From Candidatus Sericytochromatia bacterium (lineage in GTDB: Bacteria; Cyanobacteriota; Sericytochromatia; S15B-MN24; JAQBPE01), in assembly GCA_040400605.1 (NCBI GenBank), contig JBBAPZ010000026.1, forward strand, positions 1-42,887: a stretch of DNA of 42,887 nucleotides, in the 5' to 3' direction. A model generated the notes under the pieces. The model had not been told where the DNA came from, searched no databases, and saw only the letters and a list, made by a program, of their open reading frames with translations. Below, piece after piece: positions 1 to 8,325 of the stretch. A program made the position numbers and the translations under genes. Within the stretch, counting starts at the first letter, position 1; each line of letters begins with the position of its first letter.

Positions 1-1
1 A

Positions 2-259
2 TTTGCGCAGGAAGTGCGCCGTGATCGTGCGGGAACGGCTGCGCAACGGGCACAGGCAACGGACCCCAAACTCCGCGCGGCTTATCAGACGCTGGGTGTT
101 GCGGAAGGGGCTTCTTTGGATGAGGTGCGTGCGGCCTGGAAGGCGGCGGCAAAAAAGTGGCACCCAGATGGCCAGGCAGACAAGGCGGTGGCCCATCCGC
201 GTATGCAAGACATCAACGCTGCCTGGAGTTTAATCAAGGCGATGCAGGGTGACGGGTAA
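2..259 (+). CDS. J-domain (DnaJ-type) protein, C-terminal part; 5' end lies outside the window
   Basis: Frame is open from the window edge. AYQTLGV...EVRAAWKAAAKKWHPD...RMQDINAAWSLI is a J-domain with the HPD motif at the protein C-terminus (DjlA-like layout). Confidence 0.85.
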   Translation, partial: FAQEVRRDRAGTAAQRAQATDPKLRAAYQTLGVAEGASLDEVRAAWKAAAKKWHPDGQADKAVAHPRMQDINAAWSLIKAMQGDG

Positions 260-478
260 GCACAAGGGGTGCAACCAAGAGCGCAAACAAGGACCAGGTG
301 AATTCGTGAAGGAAGAGACTTTGGTTAGATGAACCGCAACGAGGCGTGAGCGTCCCAAGGGAGAATGCAGGCTCTTATTTTGACCGGTGTAACAACAGAT
401 TCTTGGAACTGACGGCCGGCGGCGGTACGTCAAAGTGGAACACAAGGAATTGGAAAGCAGCGCAAAGGAGTCCGAATC

Positions 479-940
479 GTGTCATTACTGGTTAGATTAA
501 GCCAAGCAGCCGGTCGGGTCGTCGCCAACGGTGCCGATAACGCGCGTGGTTTATCGAAGGCGGCGAATCCGGAATTTGGTAACGTAACGCAAATTGGCGA
601 ACTTGCTCAGAGCATCGCCTTCTCTGCTGACACCCTGTTCAAGAGCAACCAAGGTGTGCGCCTCACCCCTCAAGGCGAATTGGCAAGCTTGGCTGTGTCA
701 CGCAGTGTCGCTAAACATCAAGCGATCATCGAACAGCACTCACCTGTCATTTGGGATTGCCTCAAACGTCTGGAAACAACCCGGCAGGAAGGCAATCCAA
801 GCTACCTGACACAGGCGAGTTTCGATAAAATCATCGCCAAGCCTGACATGCGCGGTCTCCCACCGGAAGTTCAGGTCGCCGCGGCCGCAATCAAAAAGAG
901 CCGGCTGATGATTAACCAGTTCATGAGCGTCGCCACGTGA
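479..940 (+). CDS. Hypothetical protein, 153 aa
   Basis: GTG start with AAGGAG 8 nt upstream; plausible helical composition; no recognisable motif. Confidence 0.65.
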   Translation: MSLLVRLSQAAGRVVANGADNARGLSKAANPEFGNVTQIGELAQSIAFSADTLFKSNQGVRLTPQGELASLAVSRSVAKHQAIIEQHSPVIWDCLKRLETTRQEGNPSYLTQASFDKIIAKPDMRGLPPEVQVAAAAIKKSRLMINQFMSVAT

Positions 941-1041
941 TTGCTGATGCGACCCGTCTTGAAACGGACAAATTTTTGAAAGTCAATGTCAATTGTTTGC
1001 CCCGACTGCGTCGGGGATGCCGTCAGCAGCAATATCGCTTT

Positions 1042-1126
1042 GATGATTTATCACGTGGCCTGTCAGTCACGATGATTTATCACGTGGCCTGTCAGTCACG
1101 ATGATTTATCACGTGGCCTGTCAGTC
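1042..1126. repeat. Perfect tandem repeat, 29-bp unit GATGATTTATCACGTGGCCTGTCAGTCAC, about 2.9 copies
   Basis: Copies at 1042-1070, 1071-1099 and 1100-1126 (last is 27 bp). Identical, with no spacers. Confidence 0.95.
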
Positions 1127-1176
1127 TTGCGACTTTGGCCCTACCGACTGAGATAGAACAGCGATGTCGCCCTTGA

Positions 1177-2151
1177 CTATCGTTTTGCCGATTGCGCCTT
1201 CTCGGAACCTTTGAGCAAGCGATACTGCTCCGTTTGCCGCTCGTTGAATACGTCGAGCAACGCGGCGGGACCCACTTGATTACCCAGTGCAATCAGGTCA
1301 ATACGCGGATTGCCCAGTTTGTCGAATTGACTGCTGAAACACCCCATATCCAACGTGTCTACCTGCCAGCGCGTCAACGAGCCGACTATGAAATTCCCAA
1401 ACCGAAAGGCATCATACTCGTTGTTCAAACTGCAAAAATCACTGAAATTCAGATCCCCCGATAACGCCTTTTGAGCGACGAATGCAGCCCGATAATTGTC
1501 CCTCAGTAAACTCCGCTGACCGTCTGGATCCAGTGCACGAGCACCCATTTGATCAGACTTCGTCTCAAAGGCCATCTGAAACTGCGCGGAGTGTCTCGTT
1601 TCGTGAATGAGCAACAACAGGGCAGTCCACGGATTGGCATCCTTCGCGATCGCATCCGGGTTCAGAATCACACGTCCTGCACCAGGCTTTGCCGGATCAA
1701 AATCAAAATATGCCGGCCCCTTGATTTCTGTGGTACTAATGACCAACTCCGGCGCCTTGATGCGCAATACCTTGCATTCAACATCAAAAACCGACTGAAG
1801 CACCGCCAAACGAGCCTCCCAAGTCAACGTAGGGAAACGCTTGATGTTGACATACAACTGAGGGTTGCCCTGAAGCGTGTTCACCAAATCTAAACGCGCC
1901 GCACCAGCCTCTTTTTCCATTGCACGCAAACCGGCCTGAGCCTCTGGCATCAAGGAGAATGCTTTGGGCGACCGCGCTTGCACGGCACGGCGGGCAAAAA
2001 ATTTCGGATCCAGCGCTTCAGCACGCTGGCTGACCGCTTTCTGAATCTCCGGCGCGACGTCAGCCCGTGATGCAGCATAAATGGCTGACGAGCCACAACC
2101 CTGGCACAACACGCCCAGAACGAAAGCAGCCACAAAACGACGCACTGACAT
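1177..2151 (-). CDS. Putative lipoprotein with zincin-type HExxH motif (possible metallopeptidase)
   Basis: N-terminus MSVRRFVAAFVLGVLCQGC has basic + hydrophobic regions and a lipobox-like Cys; LLLIHETRHSAQ motif; downstream NEYDA; AAAGGGA upstream of ATG. Confidence 0.65.
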   Translation of the reverse strand: MSVRRFVAAFVLGVLCQGCGSSAIYAASRADVAPEIQKAVSQRAEALDPKFFARRAVQARSPKAFSLMPEAQAGLRAMEKEAGAARLDLVNTLQGNPQLYVNIKRFPTLTWEARLAVLQSVFDVECKVLRIKAPELVISTTEIKGPAYFDFDPAKPGAGRVILNPDAIAKDANPWTALLLLIHETRHSAQFQMAFETKSDQMGARALDPDGQRSLLRDNYRAAFVAQKALSGDLNFSDFCSLNNEYDAFRFGNFIVGSLTRWQVDTLDMGCFSSQFDKLGNPRIDLIALGNQVGPAALLDVFNERQTEQYRLLKGSEKAQSAKR

Positions 2152-2230
2152 GCGAAATCCCTTTCTCTTTTCTTAATCTAATCTTAGTTTGACTGTAACA
2201 GTTTGGCGCGCGAGCAAGGGCTGTACGTGT

Positions 2231-2248
2231 GACACTTTCAAAAGTGTC
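2231..2248. promoter_or_regulatory. Palindrome GACACTTT-CA-AAAGTGTC, candidate operator
   Basis: Perfect 8-bp inverted repeat in the divergent gap between the lipoprotein and GntR genes. Confidence 0.45.
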
Positions 2249-2296
2249 TGTTGTCGGGACGCAAAAGGGCATTTCCTGCAAGTTATAATTCAGCCT

Positions 2297-3223
2297 ATGA
2301 AGGTGTTTCTGAATCGGGACAGTGCCGTCAGCTTGCAAGAGCAACTCGCTTCTCAAATCGGCCAGATGGTCGCATCTGGCGATCTTGCGCAGGGCTCGCG
2401 CCTGCCGAGCATTCGCGCACTCGCCAAACGCCTGAATGTTCATCACAATACGGTCATGGCGGCGTATCAACGGCTTGAGGCGCTCGGCGTCATTGATGTG
2501 CGCAAAGGCAGTGGTACCCACGTCGTCGACCACCAAAAAAATACGCCCCACGCAAACCTTGCGTCCCTGGAGTGGCTCGCGCGGCGTTTCGTTGAACACG
2601 CGCGAACGGGCGGTCATACTTATACCGCCATTCAGACTGCGGTAGATGTCGCACTCGGCCAACCGTCATTCGAACGGCTTGCGGCGGTGAATCCCCACGA
2701 CGACCTGCTGCGCATCTACGTTCACGAGTTAACAGATGCGCTGGATACATCAGTTGTTGGAATGACCCTCGAAGCGATCGAAAAACTGTCTCCACACGAG
2801 CGTGCCAAAACTCTTTTTCTCACATCCAGTAACCACGCCACGAGCCTCAAGGGCAAATTGGGGGATGCAAACGAAGTCATTTTGATGCAATTGGCCTCCG
2901 TCAGTCCGCTTTTGGACTGGGCACGGGCGATTTCATCGGACGGTCTGCTGGGAATCGCTTCAATGTCTGTGCGTTTTCGGGTGCTGTTTCGAGAGATCTT
3001 GGCCGCCATCTGTTCAGACGACACCATGATTGATGTTCCACTCGAAGATGGTGTATGGGTGCCTGGAACGCTCAACCTCACCACGCATGTGCTGACGGAC
3101 GCTTTGTCAGCAACCGTTCTGCAACGCCACAGTTCGGTGACGCCGTTCGTCTTCCGATTGATCGGGAAAGAGGCAATCAACGAACTGGGTCATCGGCTGC
3201 AGTCCAGAACGCTGCGGGAGTGA
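2297..3223 (+). CDS. GntR-family transcriptional regulator with long C-terminal domain
   Basis: QEQLASQIGQMVASGDLAQGSRLPSIRALAKRLNVHHNTVMAAYQRLEALGVIDVRKGSGTHV is a GntR wHTH. Start moved to ATG 2297 (MKVFLNRDS), where the family N-terminus begins. Confidence 0.9.
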   Translation: MKVFLNRDSAVSLQEQLASQIGQMVASGDLAQGSRLPSIRALAKRLNVHHNTVMAAYQRLEALGVIDVRKGSGTHVVDHQKNTPHANLASLEWLARRFVEHARTGGHTYTAIQTAVDVALGQPSFERLAAVNPHDDLLRIYVHELTDALDTSVVGMTLEAIEKLSPHERAKTLFLTSSNHATSLKGKLGDANEVILMQLASVSPLLDWARAISSDGLLGIASMSVRFRVLFREILAAICSDDTMIDVPLEDGVWVPGTLNLTTHVLTDALSATVLQRHSSVTPFVFRLIGKEAINELGHRLQSRTLRE

Positions 3224-3355
3224 GTGCCCTCAAGCGGTGAATCAGGTCTGACGTCTGCCTGCTGCTCGCAGTTCGACAGTGCTTGGATTTTGCCTTTGTA
3301 CGAGCATTTGACAGTTCGCGGCAAGCGCCGAGGCAATACCGATTGACATCACCGC

Positions 3356-4348
3356 TTACCGAGATACCACGTAACGGGGCTGTCCTTCCTTCAAAAACGT
3401 ATCGATGTTATCAATTGTCGTCTGTGCGATGGTTGTCAAGGCTTCTTGTGTAAAGAAAGCCTGATGGCCCGTTACAACGACGTTTGAGAACGTCAGGAGC
3501 CTGGCAAACACATCGTCTTGAATGGCATCATCCGACATGTCACGAAAGAACAGATTCGATTCCTCTTCATAGACATCGATGCCAAGTCCGCCGAGGCGCC
3601 CTTGTTTAAGCGCCGTGATCACCGCAGCCGTATCGACGACGCCACCGCGACTGGTATTGAGCAGAACGGCGCCGGGCTTCATCAACTGGAGCGTTTCTTT
3701 GTTGATTAAATGATGCGTGGCAGGCAGCAATGGACAATGCAAACTGACGACGTCACTGTCACGGAGCAACGCATCAAGGGGTACATATCTCACGCCGATG
3801 GAAAGCGCCTCCGGGTCTTGATAGGGGTCCGCCCCGAGCACGGTACAGCCGAATCCGATCATGATCCGCGCAAAACACCGTCCAATTTTACCCGTGCCAA
3901 TTACCCCGACGGTTTTGCCGTGCAGGTCAAAACCCAAGAGGCCGTCCAGCGCGAAGTTGCCTTCCCTCACACGATTGTACGCCCGATGCAGCCTGCGATT
4001 GAGCATGAGTAACAACGCAACGGTATGTTCCGCCACGGCATAAGGCGAGTATTCGGGCACCCGACCGATCGCGATGCCCAGTTTGGCGGCGGCGTCGAGA
4101 TCCACGTTATTGAACCCCGCGCAACGTAAAACCACCAGTTTGATGCCGATTTGTTGCAGCAAGGCCAAAACCTCGGCATCCAGCGTGTCATTCACAAACG
4201 CACACACAGCAAATGCACCCGCAGCCGCTGCCGCTGTGTGGCGATCCAGGCGGAGTTCCAGGAATTTTAGCCGGTAGCGACCTTCAGCGTTGGCAAGATT
4301 CAGAAACTGCCGGTCGTACGCACGAGCCGAATACACAACAACATCCAT
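3356..4348 (-). CDS. ldhA: D-lactate dehydrogenase (D-2-hydroxyacid dehydrogenase)
   Basis: LRCAGFNNVD, RVPEYSPYAVAEH, GVIGTGKIG, LHCPL, NTSRG, DVYEEE, TGHQAFFT motifs; start MDVVVYS. Confidence 0.92.
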   Translation of the reverse strand: MDVVVYSARAYDRQFLNLANAEGRYRLKFLELRLDRHTAAAAAGAFAVCAFVNDTLDAEVLALLQQIGIKLVVLRCAGFNNVDLDAAAKLGIAIGRVPEYSPYAVAEHTVALLLMLNRRLHRAYNRVREGNFALDGLLGFDLHGKTVGVIGTGKIGRCFARIMIGFGCTVLGADPYQDPEALSIGVRYVPLDALLRDSDVVSLHCPLLPATHHLINKETLQLMKPGAVLLNTSRGGVVDTAAVITALKQGRLGGLGIDVYEEESNLFFRDMSDDAIQDDVFARLLTFSNVVVTGHQAFFTQEALTTIAQTTIDNIDTFLKEGQPRYVVSR

Positions 4349-4776
4349 GAATACCCCCGTTTCCATCTCACCAAGCGTATAAGTAACGTAAAAAAAGAAA
4401 TCACGTCAATACGCCAATATCTCGGATGGCGTCCACCTGAGTGACGCCTAGGACGTTGCTCCAACGAGCAGGCTCAGCCATCAGATTCGCTGATTGTTTG
4501 GGATGCAGCGACCCATGAGTTGGCTTTAAAAATTTGTGTGGCAGTCTCAAAACTTCAAGCACTTGCGTCATTTGTTTCAACAACAGCCAAAATTTGAGAA
4601 CCAATCAACGCTTTTCTGTACAACCCTTTGTTACGTTAATGCTGGCCAATACACCCGGAGTCGGTTTTGTCACCCTTGTGTCGTGGTCTGGCAGTTGTTG
4701 TCTGAGTCAGTGAAATCGATGGTTCAGCGTACTGCTAACGGTTTCTCGATCCGTCATTTAGGGTAATCGTGATGAT

Positions 4777-7700
4777 ATGAGTGTCCTGAATCCGAATCTG
4801 CCACAGCGTTACCGTGTGTTGAGCCGTCTTGGCGAAGGCAACATGGGTGAGGTGTGGCGGGTTGAGGATAGCTTGAATCCGGAGGCGCCTCGGGCGCTCA
4901 AACGCATCAAGGTCGATCTCAGTGCCGAGAAAGCGCTCATCCTGCGCTTTCGTGCCGAGTTTCACGCCATGGCGCGGTTGCGTCACCCCAATATCGTTGG
5001 CGTGCATGATTACGGTGTCATGCCCGATGGTTCGGTTTACCTGGTGATGGACTGGGTTCCTGGCAACGACCTAGGCGAGGTGATCGATAGTCAGCCCATG
5101 CGGCTTGAACAGTTTTATCCACTTTTCGCACAACTGCTACAGGCCTTGGATTATCTGCATGCACGGCAGTATGTTCACCGTGACGTCAAATCGGCCAATG
5201 TGCGCGTCAGGCCGGATGGGCGCCTAATTTTGATGGATTTTGGTTTGGCTGACCGCGTGGGCAGTGAAGCAACGGCCGGGGTGAGTGGGACGCCCGGGTA
5301 CCTCGCACCAGAGATTCTGTTGAAGCGTCCTGCAACCAGTAAAACCGACCTGTATGCCGTTGGCTGCCTGGCCTATGAGATGCTCACCGGCCATTTGCCA
5401 TTTCAGGGGAATGTTGCAACCGTCTTGCGTGCACATTTGCGTGAACAGCCCCCGTCGCTCGCCAAAGTGCGGCGAGACTTGCCAAGCGCCTTGAGTCGTC
5501 TTGTGGAAGGTCTGATGGGAAAAGATCCAGCCGCGCGGCCGCGCAGTGCGGCACAGGTGTTGGTTGATTTGACGGCGCTCGCTGGCGATGGGGTGACGCG
5601 TGAGAGCGTTGAACAGCGGCAGAGTTTTTTGAACGCCTCCGAGTTGATCGGCCGAGAAGCCGAACTACAGATTTTTGAACAGGTACTGAACCAGACCTTG
5701 GCAGGAACAGGCGGCGGCGTATTGATCGGTGCGCCTGCCGGTATGGGAAAATCTCGCCTGTTGCAGGAAGTGACACTGCGTGCACAGCTTGCCGGGTTTC
5801 GGGTCCTGCATGGGCATTGCCGAGAAGATGGCGCAATGGCTTACGAGGCGGTACGGGAGAGCTTGCGTGTCGGTCTGGCTGATGCCGCGCCAGAACTCGT
5901 TGCCCGTCATCGTGAGAGCGTGGAGGCGTTGTTCCCTGAACGGCGCGTGGACGCGACGATTCACCAGGTTGTGACGCCCAAAGGGGTGATGGCGATGCTG
6001 GCAGATCTTGCCACGCACAGCCCCTTGCTTTGGATTTTGGATGACTTGCATTGGGCTGATCCACAAACCATCGGATTGCTGAATACCGGCATTCGGGAGC
6101 TTCAGACGAACCGCATTTTATGTATCGGGACCTTTCGGGACGATGAGACACCGTTATCCAACCCGGTTTGGCAAACCATCGAGGATGAGGCCAGCCTGTT
6201 CGTTCGGCTCCAGGCGCTGTCACGGCAGGCGCAAGATGGGTTGATCGCCGGGCTGCTACCGGATGCCAGCGTGCCCGAGGGGTTTGCCGAAGCGCTGTAT
6301 CGCGCGACGGGTGGCAACCCGCTTTTTGTGCAGGAGGCTTTGCACACGTTGGTGGATGAGGCACATTTGCGACGTGAGGGTGGTCGTTGGTGCTTTCCGG
6401 TGGACGACACCATTTTGAACGGGCTACGCCAGGTTGAGACCATTATCCAACGCCGTATTGATGGATTGCACGATGAACCGCGAAACGTCTTGCAAGCGGC
6501 GGCTGTGCTCGGATTGCGTGCGAATCTGCACACGCTGGCTGCCTGTGTCGATTTGCCGGAAGACAGACTTTTCGAAGCGCTGGAAGACCTCGCCGAGCGT
6601 CAGTTTCTGTTGCAGGATCAAGCAGGCGGATTTGTGTTTCCACACGATCGTGTGCGCGAAGCAGCGCGCGCTGGCATCGCGGCGGAGGCAATATCCAAGC
6701 TGCATTTACGAGCAGCCCAGGCATTGCTGGAATGGGCTGGGGAGTCCGTTCAAGCATACGCGGCTGATCTCGCCTGGCACTTTTTACGTGGCGGCGATGA
6801 CGCACGCGGTTATCACTGGGCCTTGCGTGCAGCCGACACGGCGGCGTCCGCAGGCGCCGATTACGTGGCAATACAACACTTGGAGGCAGCGGATGACGCA
6901 TTGTCACGCTTACCGGGCGATCGCCTCGATGAACGCCTGCCGATTTGGTTGCGCCTCGGTCGCGACGGCTTTCACCTGAATCCCGTTTTGGCGACGCAAG
7001 CCCTTGCACGCGCACACGCCGCACATGACGCTGAACCTGAGCGTGCCGATGCCCTGCTCGCGCAACAAGACATGGATTTGGGGCAGGTGATCGCGCTTCG
7101 GGCAAGGGTTTTGGGGTTGCGGGGCGAAGTGAACGACGCCTTGACCCTGGCGGACCGCCTGGAAGCGCACGATGCTGCTGAACGAAGCGGCCAGGTCATC
7201 TTAGCGGCAAACTCCCGTTACCTCGCCTTGATGAATGCCGGTCGTATCGATGAAGGCGTTAAGCTGGCTAAACGCTGGGGCGCGCATCTCGATGGATTGC
7301 AGGGTGCCGAGCTCGTCACTGAAATTCGCTGGGGAGCCATTGCCAATTATGCATTTCAAAATGCCGGGGCCTTGCAAGGCTTGCGACCAAGCGTGGCGGT
7401 TTTGGACAAAGCGCTCGCTGCCGCTGCGATGGTCGATGACCCTGATCCGCTCTTGCCCCGTATCTTTTTTGGAGTCTGGAGTGCCTGGGCAGGGCATTTC
7501 GATGAGACCGACGCGTACATTCGCCATACGACCAATCGCACGCGTGCGATCGGCGCACCACTCAGCCCATTCGTTGTGTATCTGCAATCATTCCTGCCCT
7601 ACCACCGCGGCGAATACACAGAAGCGCTTCGATTGCTGGAGCGGGCATTGCTTGTTCACACTCACGTGCATCACCAGGCCCTGGCCCTCAATTTTTGTCT

Positions 7701-8283
7701 CATTTTGCGGGGACGCTTGCTTGATGCGCTCGGACGAGAAGACGAAGCACTCTGCGTCTTCGATGCTTTGCTGCAAAGCGCCCGCGAACGGGGACTTGGC
7801 TTGGCGCGCTTGCACGCACTCATCGGCCGTGGCAGCGTCTTGCGTGACATCGGCCGGATCATTGAAGCGCGCACCAGTTACAATGAAGCGTTGCAACTTG
7901 CAAGCGCAGGCCCCTTGCGTAATCCACTCATTCAGGCTCAGGCAAGTCTTGGCTTGGGTGTGTGCGATAGCCTCCAGAATCACGCAACGGCCCTGACCCA
8001 GCTGGATGCAGCGCTCGCCATTGCATCGCAGCCGGAACTCGACAACCGATTGTTGAGCGCCCATATTCACAGGGCCCGTGCCCGCGCTTTGGAACGACTG
8101 GGTCAACCGGAAGCAGCCGCATCGGCACGCCGCGAGGCACAGCGCTTCTTCGAACAGATGGGGTTATCGTATTGGGTGTACCAACTCAGTCAAGATGCGC
8201 TCATCACTGAGACAGTTCCACAACCCGCGCCACCCAAACCAATCCTTAACAATCGTTTTGAACGCTTCAATCGCTTGATGTAA
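4777..8283 (+). CDS. Ser/Thr protein kinase fused to AAA/STAND NTPase and TPR-like helical repeats
   Basis: Hanks motifs LGEGNMGEV, ALK, HRDVKSAN, DFG, GTPGYLAPE; LIGREAEL, Walker A GMGKS, Walker B ILDDLHWAD, TGGNPLF, FPHDRVRE; Ala/Leu-rich helical C-terminus. Confidence 0.92.
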   Translation: MSVLNPNLPQRYRVLSRLGEGNMGEVWRVEDSLNPEAPRALKRIKVDLSAEKALILRFRAEFHAMARLRHPNIVGVHDYGVMPDGSVYLVMDWVPGNDLGEVIDSQPMRLEQFYPLFAQLLQALDYLHARQYVHRDVKSANVRVRPDGRLILMDFGLADRVGSEATAGVSGTPGYLAPEILLKRPATSKTDLYAVGCLAYEMLTGHLPFQGNVATVLRAHLREQPPSLAKVRRDLPSALSRLVEGLMGKDPAARPRSAAQVLVDLTALAGDGVTRESVEQRQSFLNASELIGREAELQIFEQVLNQTLAGTGGGVLIGAPAGMGKSRLLQEVTLRAQLAGFRVLHGHCREDGAMAYEAVRESLRVGLADAAPELVARHRESVEALFPERRVDATIHQVVTPKGVMAMLADLATHSPLLWILDDLHWADPQTIGLLNTGIRELQTNRILCIGTFRDDETPLSNPVWQTIEDEASLFVRLQALSRQAQDGLIAGLLPDASVPEGFAEALYRATGGNPLFVQEALHTLVDEAHLRREGGRWCFPVDDTILNGLRQVETIIQRRIDGLHDEPRNVLQAAAVLGLRANLHTLAACVDLPEDRLFEALEDLAERQFLLQDQAGGFVFPHDRVREAARAGIAAEAISKLHLRAAQALLEWAGESVQAYAADLAWHFLRGGDDARGYHWALRAADTAASAGADYVAIQHLEAADDALSRLPGDRLDERLPIWLRLGRDGFHLNPVLATQALARAHAAHDAEPERADALLAQQDMDLGQVIALRARVLGLRGEVNDALTLADRLEAHDAAERSGQVILAANSRYLALMNAGRIDEGVKLAKRWGAHLDGLQGAELVTEIRWGAIANYAFQNAGALQGLRPSVAVLDKALAAAAMVDDPDPLLPRIFFGVWSAWAGHFDETDAYIRHTTNRTRAIGAPLSPFVVYLQSFLPYHRGEYTEALRLLERALLVHTHVHHQALALNFCLILRGRLLDALGREDEALCVFDALLQSARERGLGLARLHALIGRGSVLRDIGRIIEARTSYNEALQLASAGPLRNPLIQAQASLGLGVCDSLQNHATALTQLDAALAIASQPELDNRLLSAHIHRARARALERLGQPEAAASARREAQRFFEQMGLSYWVYQLSQDALITETVPQPAPPKPILNNRFERFNRLM

Positions 8284-8325
8284 GTCCTGGAATCCGCGCG
8301 ATCGCCGTGACTCACGTTGTGTCAG

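Noticed and set aside
1042..1126. CRISPR array (29-bp repeat length)
   Set aside because: Copies are directly adjacent with no spacers, and there are no cas genes in the window.
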